Source: Epiperipatus broadwayi
Lineage: Eukaryota > Animalia > Onychophora
Length of the DNA: 64,000 bases
Reading direction: 5' to 3'
NCBI GenBank assembly: GCA_028023455.1
Contig: JAQFVV010000006.1
Coordinates: forward strand, 15,934,001 to 15,998,000
Shown here: positions 1 to 13,324 of the stretch, in pieces
Position numbering within the stretch: position 1 is the first letter of the stretch
Layout: each line of letters starts with the position of its first letter
Notes under the pieces: generated by a model
Database searches by the model: none
What the model saw: only the letters and a program-made list of their open reading frames with translations
Told to the model about the DNA's origin: nothing
Program-made: the position numbers and the translations under genes

Positions 1-1
1 A

Positions 2-1135
2 TTTCACAAATGTCCTGGTAGACCTATTAACAAGTCCTTAAATAGACAATCATCACATAGGACTAATTCAAACAGCAACCTCACAAACCCAGATATTCAG
101 ATTCAAATAAATCCTCCAACAAAACCTTCCACATCCAAAACTATATTTCAAAATGAAAATATTCAAGAAAGAACAAACGTCAACCTTTACACTAATAGTA
201 GTAAATCAGAGAACCAAACAACAACAAATACTGCTCCTAAACCAATCACGCAAACTAATAATACTCAAGATCAAACATTCGAAACAACTTATACTAATCC
301 CCAAGAAATAATATTAGGTCAAACTCTTTCTACAAAAGAAGATAATATGACCAAACCATCTAAAGAGAACAAGATAAACCCAGGCGATGAAGAAAATACA
401 CTCAAAAAATGTCAAAACAATTCTTCCAATATAACTCCTAACCAGCTTAAAACAACTGATAACAACCCTAAACAGAGTGAACCACAAACTATCTGCAATT
501 CTTCAACTCCTGCAAGAATTAACCTACCAGACGAAAAGATCCATCAAACACCCAACCCGAAAGTCAGCATGATCGAAGATTCACAACTGTTACAGCAAAC
601 AGAGAATATCTCAAGTCTAAAATTCAAACAAAAATCTTATGACAATAAAATAACACTACTATCAAAAGAACAGGAAAAGGAAAACAACACTAATCAACTT
701 CAAAATCCTCAAAAAATTGACACAACAAATACCCAAAATACAATTAAGAAAATTAAAAGAAAATCAATTCGCTCAGATAAATCAAGCTCTGATGATGACA
801 GCTCCCACCCGGTACTTTACTCACCACCCCCCTCTAACAAACAAATCTCCGATAAATCCAACTCAAAGCTTCACAAATCCATAGAAAAAAAGAGGAAAAC
901 CATGGATCTTACAACCTTAGATACCATTGATTCTCCCGATGAATCTCAGACAGATTACTCTACTCCATCAGACACCGAAGACTTCATGGATGCGATTCCT
1001 CAACCAACAAATATATCACCAAGCCATCTACAAGTTCAATCACAAGTCTCTGACTGCCTAACAACATCAGACCTCATTAATATAGAGATGTCCCACATTC
1101 ACTTGGATCACTTTACTGAGGACGGTTTGGATTAA
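2..1135 (+). CDS. Non-LTR retrotransposon (L1/Tx1-like) ORF1, C-terminal part, open from the window edge
   Basis: The frame is open from base 2 (FHKCPGRPINK...) through the listed 347..1135 ORF. The leading HKCP fits the end of a CCHC knuckle, followed by a long S/T/N/Q/K-rich tail. The stop lies 6 bp before an APE-type ORF2. Confidence 0.75.
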   Translation, partial: FHKCPGRPINKSLNRQSSHRTNSNSNLTNPDIQIQINPPTKPSTSKTIFQNENIQERTNVNLYTNSSKSENQTTTNTAPKPITQTNNTQDQTFETTYTNPQEIILGQTLSTKEDNMTKPSKENKINPGDEENTLKKCQNNSSNITPNQLKTTDNNPKQSEPQTICNSSTPARINLPDEKIHQTPNPKVSMIEDSQLLQQTENISSLKFKQKSYDNKITLLSKEQEKENNTNQLQNPQKIDTTNTQNTIKKIKRKSIRSDKSSSDDDSSHPVLYSPPPSNKQISDKSNSKLHKSIEKKRKTMDLTTLDTIDSPDESQTDYSTPSDTEDFMDAIPQPTNISPSHLQVQSQVSDCLTTSDLINIEMSHIHLDHFTEDGLD

Positions 1136-1141
1136 TCTATC

Positions 1142-1378
1142 ATGTTCTGCAAAATAGCTGGCATAAACATTCGCGGCATCAACTCAATCGATAGAGTTCT
1201 TGCTATTAAAAACTGGCTCTCACTCTGCTCCCCACATATACTTCTTATGGGCGAAACCAAACATCACTATAAGACTGACCATAAAATAATATCTCTTCTC
1301 TCCTCTCTCGGATTTACTAGATTTTCCATCTGCCATTCAGCTTCAGGTGGAGTCGGTATTCTTCTTAGCATATGTTAA
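1142..1378 (+). pseudogene. LINE ORF2 N-terminus (AP-endonuclease motifs), truncated after about 75 codons
   Basis: MFCKIAGINIRGIN...HILLMGETKH...SGGVGILL matches APE motifs I (xNxRG), II (xQET-like) and III (GGVxIL). Sequence switches abruptly to AT-rich non-coding DNA near 1372. Confidence 0.8.
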
Positions 1379-2479
1379 TCAGAACTTTTTATAATATTAT
1401 TGTACAATTTATTCATTAACTTATCCATTATCAAAATGTAATCACTATTTATTACTAATAAATTTTTTTGTTGAAATGAATATCTTAGATTTTTTTCTAA
1501 TGTACTAGAATGAATCATTAAATGAGAAAAATAAGAAAACTTCAATCTGGTTATTTTACCATCAAGTCAGAATTTAGATCTAATCTAATATAAGTAAGTA
1601 TTCAGTTGTTGTTGTTTTTTATTGCTGATGAATTTTTGAGAAATTTTCAGTAGAAACACTATTTAAAAGCATTAATATTTTTTTATTCTTTTGGTTTTAT
1701 TATCCATATTTCATATCCTTGGAAATTTCTAGGAAATGCCTCATCTTTAACAGTTCTAATCTTCATTTTAAAACTATATCCCTTCACCAAAAATCCATAC
1801 TAGGTTTATTTTGCTTTGCATTAGTCTATCAAAAATCTCTTTGCCAACTGGATATTATGGATAAATAAGCAATCTGAAAGAAATACAACAATTATGAACT
1901 GCATTTTTTTTATTACATTATTTCCCCATTGCACAACTGTGGCTAGCATGTTTCTTGTACATTTGGACTTTCAAAAAGATTATCATTTCAATGCCTTTTT
2001 CTGATTTCTTAATTACTTGAAATTTATTTCTACTTTTTCCTGTTCTTTTCATTTGTACTATAGTGTAAAAGTGTGTCTATATATTGCTGTTTAGTTTCAT
2101 ATTACTTTTTTAACATTCCCATTGGTTGTCTGCAAGATTTCAGTACTTCACATTAATAACTCTCAGTTACTGTAACTTTCTAGTAAACAATTGTTATTAT
2201 ATATTAGCTTTTTACTGCTTCTTTGTTATAGTTATTCATCAGTTTTTTAATCTTGTTTTGAATATCTCTATTATTTGTAGTTATTAATTTGCATACTGAG
2301 ACTATTTGCAGGATCTTAATAAGAAGATGCTCAATCCAAAACAGCTACATGAATACAATTAAAGGGCCAGCAATTGACCAATCAATGTTCATTTGATAGC
2401 ATTTTTTATTCATATGTTGCCACCTAGTGTTAGCTTTAACAATCAGTAGACACCAGGTGGTAGTTCTTAATAGATTCTT

Positions 2480-2560
2480 ATCCAATACTTTTCTATCCAA
2501 ATGTCACTAGATTAGTTTTCTAGTTTATGGCTTTCATCAGTCAAGAGCTTTGGGGATTTT
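2480..2560 (-). mobile_element. Degenerate copy of HHR repeat family A
   Basis: The minus strand reads ctgatga-aagc-cataa-acta-gaaa-actaat-c, followed by sequence homologous to the family A region downstream of the ribozyme. Confidence 0.5.
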
Positions 2561-2794
2561 TTTGAATATTTTTTGTATCTAATATACCTTTCCACTAGCA
2601 GCCATTTTTTACTATTCATTATCATCAAGTTACTCACCCAAATTGAAAAACTTGTTAATTTTTTAAACCTAAGCTTACTTGCTTTCATAACTATATATAC
2701 CTGATACCAATTCAGTTTCTAAAAATTATGGTGACCTTAGTTTTTTATTAACTTTAGACATTTTTATTCTTTGGCCAGAATCACTTCACAACTA

Positions 2795-2930
2795 ATAAGA
2801 CATCACATGACCTACAAGATATCACATACCACTAGATGGCATAAAAGTAGTGAGAATAGAAAAATTTTATAATGGATAACAATGTGTAAGCTAAGGTCAC
2901 GTGATGTTTTGTAAGTCATGTGATGTTTTT
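2795..2930. repeat. Short element bounded by inverted catcacatgac / gtcatgtgatg motifs
   Basis: gacatcacatgacctac near 2800 is inverted against gtcacgtgatgtttt and gtcatgtgatgtttt at 2896-2930. The same terminal motif occurs in HHR families A and B. Confidence 0.4.
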
Positions 2931-3711
2931 TTAAATAAGAACTATATATGCAGAACAAAAATCAGTATTAAAATAAATAAAATAACAGAATAATAATATT
3001 AAAAATTAATGAGTATGACATAGATAAATTTAACTGTAAAATAGCAAAGAAAGTTTCAGAAAGAAAAAAGGTTCAAAGTATAAAGTAAATCTTCCTACCT
3101 AGAATCTGCTATAACAAATTAATAAGTTTCAGAAGGTTGCTTATTGAAATACATATAATTAGGGATAATTTGATCTAACCACTACTTAGAGTAATGTTAC
3201 TATCCAAAATGGCCAGTTAAATAGATAAAATATAAATGTTACACATAAACATTTTAATGAAATCCAAAATACACATTTTGAAAGCATAAAATAAAAATGT
3301 AAATAAGCATATCCTAATATAGACCCACAGAACATTGATTTAGCCATTTTATTTTCAGAATTTCCTGCTTGAATTTTTTCCCATAATGCTACATTGGCTA
3401 TTTTCAGCCTCATAGTAAAAATAGAATCAAATTTCTAAAAGTAAAATCAAATTTATGCTTATAAAAGTCACTTTCTTGTTTGAAAATTTTTTCATGGCAT
3501 TATTCAACTTTTCAGAAAGTTGTAGAAACATTCTTTACATGTAATAATAACAACCAATCATATTCATTAAAACATTTTTGTTCATTGATTCTTTTACAAC
3601 TTTTTTTAAACATTAAATAATTTTCTAGCAACAATTATCACATTTATATCAACATTATTATAGTATGAGCAGAATAAATAAAAAAACTAATATATACAGT
3701 ATATATATATA

Positions 3712-3812
3712 TTTTTTTCATATGTCATAGCATCTGCCGGGACGCGAACCCACACCCGTCTGCAACCAACTACTTGCTCGCATGGCGGCTGCGATACCTC
3801 TCGGTTAACAAT
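3712..3812 (-). mobile_element. tRNA-Gly(UCC)-derived SINE copy
   Basis: The reverse complement shows an A-box-like segment, a gccgc-catgcga-gcaag anticodon arm, a gggttcgcgtcccgg B box, a gatgctatgacatat trailer and an A tail. Homologous to five other copies. Confidence 0.65.
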
Positions 3813-4489
3813 GCAAGACTATATATATACAGTATATTTTCAGTATTAAAGGTGCAAATAATCAGATAAGTGAACTAAATTGATAACTTAGACTATGTGT
3901 GAAAGATGTTTGCTATTTCAGTATTCATTGTATATATTTGTATTTGTTTATAAATCTGAATTTAGTAAAAAAAAGTATTTGTTTATGACCTTTAAAGGAA
4001 TGTAGCAGAGTTCCCAGTATTGGAAATATGTGAAAGAATTCTGCAAAAAAGTATATAATATGGAAAAATATAAAAGCAAAGTAACCTATACAATTTATGA
4101 CAATGTCATCTAACATTTCATATATTTAAATCAAAAGATGAGATATGTTCCAGAAAATGGTAGAATCGTTATTGAGACTTTGAAAAAAAGATCAATAAAA
4201 CATAAAGAAATTGTTGGTATAGTTTCACTATACTTGTTGATAAGGTTTTACATCAAATGTCCAAATAGCAAGAATATCAGATGATATTGATACTCCAAAA
4301 TGATGAAAGTAAGACTATTAACATATCATATTTCGATTAGTTTTATATATATTTATTAAAATTATTATGAAAAGTGCCTACAGAAAACATGATTTAAAAC
4401 TAATTTAAAAATTAAACTGATTTTACAAGTTGGTGAGAACTGTCCCCACTAAATTCTCTGAGCACACAGTTAAATATTTGTCATGAGAA

Positions 4490-5725
<1,236 letters not shown>

Positions 5726-7539
5726 CAGCAATTGGTGTGGTATCAACAAATAATGATCTTTCACTAAATCAAAAATGCAAATATATACAAAAAAAATAAA
5801 AACATTATATGAATAATATTTTAATATTCAAAAAGAAAACATTCAATATTAATAAAAAAAATGATTTATTTTTTTTCAAAAAAGTAACTCGTCCAACATC
5901 AAATATTTAATTTCCTTTTTAAAAATTAAACTGTCTTAGATCTTACTTTTAGAGGACATTTATTATAAAGGTTTACGTACACAACTTTTAAACTTCGAAC
6001 ATTTGGATTATCTTTAGGTTTAATATTCTATTAAAGGTCGCTTAAATTGCTTTTCAATGATTTTTCATTTTTTTATAAATTTCTCCTTCGAAATTCAGCA
6101 ATTAAGTTGTTTCAAAATGTGTGAAAAACTATTAAGGAGACCAGGTTAATCTTTAGCACAAGACTAAGTTTCTTTACTTAAGACTTGTCTCACACCATGA
6201 TCTGGATATTTTCTAATCATAATAAGGATTATGACTAAAAGGGCAGCTTCTTATGAAGACTCATATCCAACAATATAGGCAATTTATTCATGCATAAGTT
6301 CAAAGATATTCATGATTTTTGTACTTACTGTTTTACAAGTATAAATGGATAGACTCTGAAATCCCAGATGATGTAACTTGAAGGCATTAAAAGTAATCCT
6401 TAAGGATGTTCTGTAAGATTCTAAAAATGTGAAAGCAAGATCATAAGACCAATTGGCGTGTGCTTCAGTTTGCTGGATATATAGCGTATACCTTTGTTGG
6501 GCATTGGATATAAACAAACAGTAATGTGTTTTAAAGAAATATTTTCTTGATGAATTTGAGCATGGTTTTGTGGAAGAAGTAGACCTTATTATATGATAAA
6601 GATCATCTCAAAAATACCCAAGAAAAGTAATGACGATTCTTTAGAAAGTATGACCAAGAATAGAATGCAATAGAGATACAACAAGACAAATAATTGAAGT
6701 TTTAAAATTTTTAGCAGTGAATCCTTCATATCAAATTTTAGCATTGTAAACGTCCATGAATGTAAAAATTGAATACATATGTACAGAATAATTCATTGTA
6801 AGGTCAGGAAACACAATGAGGGCTGGGTCTGCATGAAATATGTATATTGGAGATTGTGTAGCTTTTTTGCATGTGTGTGGTCATATTTATCAGTTGCTTG
6901 AGATGGAGTGGAGAATAAATAGATTAAAAAGTCCTGAGTTCAAATCCCTCTATTTATATATAGAAGAAACATTCAGGTTAAGCAAATTACATACTGCCAT
7001 AGAATTATGTAAAATGTCAATGTATAAAAAAATGTATTGGTATTTTGGCCAAACAACCTTTGCCTCAACTGGGCAGAGACGCCATTTTGCAGCTAATGCA
7101 AAGATACAGTTAACTATTGAATTAAGTGCAGTTAACTATTGAATTAAGTGGGAACAAAAATACTAGTGAAGTAAAAAATTGTAGGCTAAAATAAAATGTA
7201 AAACCACAGAACAAAGTAGGAGCAAATAAAATATCATAATTCTAAATAACCAAAAGAAAAGCAGAAAGTGAAGAGAAAATTTGTAATAATAAAAACAGAT
7301 CAGTTGTTGTCCCTTATTAATCCATGTAAAGAAACGCTCTCATATAAATGATAGTTTTTACTACACTGTTACATTTTAACTTACAAGTGTCAAACATATT
7401 CCACCCACAACTTTAACATGATCTATTCTAGATAAATACATTCAGGGTTATCATTAATCATTTATTAAACTAGAGATTATCTCTAGCTCAGATATAAACT
7501 TTAAACCTCGGATAAGATCAACATCTGCTTTTAATATCT

Positions 7540-7770
7540 ATCAATACAATTTGGTTTTTTTAACATCTCTGAAACCTTCCCAAATATCCCTTGATAAAGA
7601 CCCAGAAAGAGACCACATGTGAGATGGATAGATGAAATAAGAAAGTGTGAAGGGGTGATGTGGAGAAGAGAAGCTAAAGATCGGAGAAGATGGATTAAAC
7701 TTGGAGATAACCTTCATCCTGCAGAGAATTGATAATGGTTGATAATGATGATGATGATGAACTTTCACAT
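7540..7770 (-). mobile_element. RTE-type LINE 3' end with (GAT)n tail
   Basis: Homologous to 45090-45300, including gataaccttcatcctgcagagaattgataatgg and the gatgatgatgatga tail. Confidence 0.8.
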
Positions 7771-9297
7771 CCAGTTAGGACCTTGGTCTCAGAAAAGAAA
7801 AAAAACGGCATGGCAATTCAACAAATCAAATAAAGAAGCGATTGAATCCGCATATGGTTGGTTAACGTGGAAGCACTCGTAGTTACAAATTGGGTAATAT
7901 AGTTATATATAAAATTCATCTCTAATGTTTTTTTTTTTCGTTTACGAATGACTGCTAATATTGAAAATAATGAATGATTAATTATATTTCAATGGCTTAA
8001 CTATTTTATCAAATATTAATCTATTTTTAAAGTCAACGTTTCAAAAATCTTTTTTAAGAAATGCTGTGTACTGAGAAATAGGTTTTTCAAATTTAAAAAT
8101 AAAGAAAAAAAAATCGATGGTTTCTGTGCTATTTCAACTGCTCTTTTAAATCATATAATTTGTCTTTTTCTCACAAGCATATTAAAAAGTCTTTCACTTA
8201 TTTCCTTTGGCCATTAAGCGAGATTTCACAAATATCTACAATTCATATTTTAGTGCCATCTATTGACCTATTTAATAACATTCCATCTTTTTATCTACGA
8301 GATTAAAATTTATCAGACTGATTCATATTATTTAAGAACAAGCTTTTTAACAGCTAGAGTATAGAATGACTCGAAGCAAATATTTTACTTAGGTACAAAT
8401 GGCAAATATTTTGCTAATGGAATATTGATAAGTACGGTGAAAAACACAAAAACAAAGCAAATAATTACCCGACGAAAGTACTCAGGTAATAAGAAAAAAA
8501 TAACCTTATATATTACGTGAAGTTAAACCCACCACTAAAAAGTAAGTCATTGAAAATGCACGGTGCTGATTGGAAAAATTTAGTTTGATCTTGAACCAAC
8601 ATCTTTCGGTTATTTATTTATTGTTTAAATACTTTTATAGTGTATATTTAATTATGATATTTGATTTTAAAAAACGGTAAAGTATAAAAGGATGTTTTAT
8701 TGCTAGAGAAAGTTTGAACACCTTATTTGACAGAGATGGCGCAATACGTGTACATACAGCTTTAGACTCTACTAAACTGCGTAGGATAGCAAATTAATCC
8801 TTTACGTGACCACCGCACTTCCTTCTTGAAGTTAAATCACTTTCTTGTGATTATCTTTAGCACTTTTGCTAGTTTTGGATTTATTTGATAGCAAAAATGT
8901 AAAGTAATATTGATTTATCAATCCATAAAAAATTCTGAAGATATCAGTATTTCAAAGGAACTGACAGATAACAAGACTCTACTTACACTGTTGTTGATTA
9001 GTAATATTTCTGTAGCATAATTTTCATTACACCATTCTCACACAAGTTAGGGGCTGGTTCCTGTCTGCTTTTAACACCGTGTGCATGGGTGTAATAATTA
9101 AAATATGACCAAAGATGTGGAAAAGATTATGATCCCCATGATGAATATCTTTTTTATATATCTTTGGTCTACGTTTATGATTATACCATTTCACAAGGTG
9201 TTAAAAGTGGATCAAAACCAATCCCTACCTTTCATGAGAGTGGTATAGTGAAAAAGTATTCTACAGAAATTATTCATTAAGTGGATAATCTCTAGTT

Positions 9298-11733
9298 CAG
9301 GGGTTGATAAACTTTTTTGATTATCAACCCCTAAAAAACTTTGAAACCGTTTACCAACCTCCACAAAATTGATTTTTAGCGGTTTATTTATGGGCTACAA
9401 ACAAAAAAAAAGCTTTTACTATTTTACTCATTTATTTTGCAATTTTACATTTATTAATATATATAATAACAATTTTAAAATAATCGTTTTAATACATTGT
9501 ACAGGCTTAAACCTGCATTTATATATGTAATATATGAGATGGCACTGAGAGTGGTGGGTCGTGTGAAAGTCTGAGTTCGAACCCCGAATAATCATTTTAA
9601 TAAATTTTTCTGATTGACAATCAGTGAGATGGATGGACTTCATGATTCTTGGAAAGATTAGCAATATTTGGTTCAAAATTAGTAAGTTTTAGCCTTAAAT
9701 CATCTAAGAATTCCACATTTAACTTAATTATCTGTTTGGTTAAGATAGAATTAACATGACTAAAAACAGCTTCAACCACATATGCCAGGTCAGAAAGTTT
9801 TGTGTATTTTTGTGTTCTATTTATATTCATCCAAAAATTGCTCAAAGTTAAATTTTTAAAAAGCATCTTTGTTTTAAGATCAGCTAATGATTCAATAAGA
9901 TTTATCTTGTAAGTAGATGTTGATGTTTTCAATGTGAGCAGAAAGTGGCACAATAATTCACTCTGGGATATCAATATTTTCTAAATCTGCAAAGTGCAGT
10001 TTAAAATCATCGCTCAGTTTTTGAAGATGATTTGTATATATTTCCAAGTCTTCATCTTTTTTTTTTTTTTTGCAATTGTGGTAGATTTGAAAATTACTGA
10101 AAATCTTTAAATAACAACGAAGATTTACACAAATTAAATTTAACTTGGAAATGTAAAAGAATTCTCCGAGCTTGAATAATTATGACGTCTTTATCTTGGA
10201 GACTTCTTTGAATATCATTGAATTTTGCAAATAAGTCTGCTAAATAAAAAATGTGTGCTTAAGTTTTTGCAGTTCATCACTTAGAACAGAATTTATTTTA
10301 GTAAGAAATTCTATCGTATAGATGACCATCTGACTTCATTATATAAAAGTAACTGGTTTGATAATTCATCATTTTTCTCACAGAGTTTGGAAAACAGTGG
10401 TTGGATTCTAATTTGATTAATAGATTTAATACAAAATTGTAAAACGTTATGCAAATATGGACTGAATTATTTTGCAATTAGTTAGCTTCTATGCAAAACA
10501 CAGTGAATAGTATGTATATTAGAAACTTTTTCTTTAAAAAAAGTTTCAAAACCTTGGTAACAGGCTACCACAGCAGGTATGCCATCTGTGGCGACTTCTA
10601 TTATATTGTTAAATGGAATATCATATTTTTAAATATTCCTCTAAACACCATTATATTGTCGACCTTTTCCCATCACTTTCAAGATATTTAGCAAATAAAA
10701 ATTCATCAATGATTAGACATTTAATTTTACTAAAATATCTGATGTAAGCCATACGAAGAGAATAAACACCAAAAACAGAATCATCCAGTTGAATTGAAAA
10801 CTTGCAAATTTTGAGCTCGAAAACTACTACATTTTCTACATCTTCGGCCATTTCTTGAAAACATTAACCAAGTCTTTTTCATTACATTTTCAATAGCATA
10901 TTTAATTGCAGGTAAAACTACATCTTTTGCAATTGGGTATGGGTTTCCCTTTTTTGCTGCCTTGAGTGAAATCTTGTATCCTCCTTCAATTTCAATTACA
11001 GCAGACTGCTTCATAAAACTTTTTGTATCTGGTTGAGTTGCAAATTTTCAAGATCCTTATCCCTTTTATGAGAATGCACCCTCTCAAGATGATCTTTCAT
11101 TTTGGCTGGTTTCATTGCATCATTTGTAAAAGTTTTTTCACAGAGAAGACACATAGGTATCATCTCATTTCCTGGTGAAGCAATAAATCCAAATTTTAAA
11201 TAATCCAATGAATATTGTCGACATTTTTTTTTTAGAAACTGAAGCTACCGTTGCAAAAGTTAGGGTTCTATAAATAATAATAATGATTAAGTTGGCCAGC
11301 GTATAGTAATACATAGTGATTGTAATCTTATTTACTTTATTATAAGTATATACTGCTAATTACGTGAAATATTGAATGAATGGCAGTGTAAAAAAAAGCT
11401 ATAGAGATGCTAATAACATCAGTGCACTGAAAATGCTTAACATGTACTATGCTGTAAGCTATATTTTGGGTAACTGAAGAATGGGCTCAGCAATTTTTGC
11501 TGGCCCTGTGCTCAATCTGTAGCCCTTTTCCATGTAGACGGGTAACTGCACTGAATACATAGTGAGTTGTGTAATATTTGTCATTAAACAAACTACTATT
11601 AAATTCATTGAAACAATATTCAAAAACATTATATATATATAATTATATTTGTAATTTTTTAATTAATTTTTCCATCTATCACCTACCCTGGATTAACACC
11701 CAGGGGTTGATATTGACTACTTTGCTGACCCTG
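9298..11733 (-). mobile_element. hAT (Buster/Charlie-type) DNA transposon, internally deleted
   Basis: Left TIR caggggttgataaac at 9298 and right TIR (reverse complement) cagggtcagcaaa ending at 11733. Flanking 8-mers ctctagtt and ctctactc match at 6/8 and resemble the NTCTAGAN target of Charlie elements. Confidence 0.85.
9621..11230 (-). pseudogene. Buster/ZBED5-like hAT transposase pseudogene
   Basis: Frameshifted fragments: KKCRQYSLDYLKFGF...PMCLLCEKTFTNDAMKPAKMKDHLERVH (BED finger), FSIQLDDS (first catalytic D region), and C-terminal VEAVFSHVN...LRLKLTNFEPNI...HPSH. Confidence 0.88.
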
Positions 11734-12199
11734 CTCTACTCTAATGAATGACTAATAAAAATTATTAATATACATCTACCAAATGGTTCATGACAAAGTT
11801 GTAAGTTGTTACTTATCAATTCAACTGTAGTAATTGGCTATCTACATATACTGAACAATGATAAAGATATGTTTGAGAGATTGTGTTCTGGGTCAACTGA
11901 TGAGTGCTGGTATAACATGAAATGTACTTCTTGATCATGTTTTTATATGACTTTGGTCATATGTTTATGAGTACACCCATTCACGAAGTGTTAAAAGTGA
12001 ATAGAAATCAGATATGTAGGCCACTGCAACAGACCTCCTGAGGAAGGAAAGGTCATTATTTACAAGCCTTATAAATTGCAGGGGAGTGAGTATTTGACTG
12101 TTTTACCATCTTTATTGAATGTTCTAACTATCATTAAACTGGCAAAAAATTTTGAATCCAAGATCATACTCATGACAGTCAGATACAAATAATAGATAA

Positions 12200-12590
12200 C
12201 TAGATGACTTTATTGCTTGAGAGTTTTCAAGAAGTTTGAGTAGTAAAGTGTCAGAACTGGAATCAATATGAGAACCTTATTGCTCCAGTGTCTGACCTCT
12301 ACCACTAATCTATATAGGACAAAAAATGGAATGGCTTTATAGCTTGAAAGTTCATGAGCAGTTTAAGAGCTGGACATATCAGTAATCCAGTAGATCTGAG
12401 GTTGTTACATTCCACAGGTGGACACTCCATCACTGCAGTAAATCACACAGGGCAAAAAATAATAGAACAGCTTTATTGCTTGAGAGTTCATAAGGAGTTT
12501 GAGCATGGGAAGTGCCAGCACTTGAATCAGTACAGGAACCTTAAGCCCCAGAGATTAACACACTACCACTGCACCAAATCATGCAGAGAC
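12200..12590 (-). mobile_element. Two adjacent diverged copies of a second tRNA-related SINE family
   Basis: The reverse complement has a tggtgcagtggtag A box, a ggttcctg...gattc segment and the body aaactccttatgaactctcaagcaataaagc. Similar bodies occur near 18.55 kb, 22.75 kb and 54.8 kb. Confidence 0.5.
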
Positions 12591-12599
12591 CACTATTTC

Positions 12600-13085
12600 A
12601 GCAAAAAACTTTGTTATACAAACATTGATTTTAAAGACCAAAGTAGAAACTGGTCTGCAGATGAAGATTTAAATGTACTATCATCTGGAAATTATTGATT
12701 ACCCAATATTATTATAGATGGCGCTAGAGAAGAGAGTTGTTCTTGGTTTACCATATATAAGCTAAAAATAGTCATTTTTATATGTTTTTTCATAATACCA
12801 ATATTAATATAGATGGCGCTTGAGTAGAGAGTTGTTCTTGATTTACCATGTATAAACTAAAAAATTAAGTCATTTTATATGTTCTTTCATAATACCAATA
12901 TTACTATAGATGGCGCTAGAGTAGAGATTTATTCTTGGTTTACCATGTATAAGCTAAAAAATTAAGCCACTCTTATATGTTCTTTCATAATACCAATATT
13001 CCTATAGATGGCGCTAGAGTAGAGAGTTGTTCTTGGTTTATCATATATAAGCTAAAAATTAAGTCATTTTTATATGCTCTTTCAT
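12600..13085 (+). repeat. Family D element with degenerate HHR 3' half, ending in a 4-copy array of about 97 bp
   Basis: gaaactggtc at 12646-12655. atagatggcgct recurs at 12714, 12809, 12906 and 13004. 12620-12760 is homologous to 59335-59470. Confidence 0.75.
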
Positions 13086-13128
13086 AACAATAGACTGAAA
13101 TATAATGCTCATCTCATACTAATTAGAA

Positions 13129-13324
13129 GTGATCTTGGATCAAAACTTAACCTATTTTTCTCAATTGTAGAGGGTTTTATCCAAAATAATTTCTAGGAAT
13201 AATCTTTAAAAAATAATTAGTTGCCAGTGATCCTGGATCAAAATTTAACCTATTTTTCTCAATTGTAGAGGGTTTTATCCAAAATAATTTCTAGGAATAA
13301 TCTTTAAAAAATAATTAGTCGCCA
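13129..13324. repeat. 2 x 98 bp near-perfect tandem duplication
   Basis: gtgatc(t/c)tggatcaaaa...ataattagt(t/c)gcca starts at 13129 and again at 13227. Confidence 0.95.

Noticed and set aside
12714-13085. Regularly spaced repeats resembling a CRISPR array
   Set aside because: The whole 97-bp unit repeats with no unique spacers, there are no cas genes, and the context is eukaryotic.
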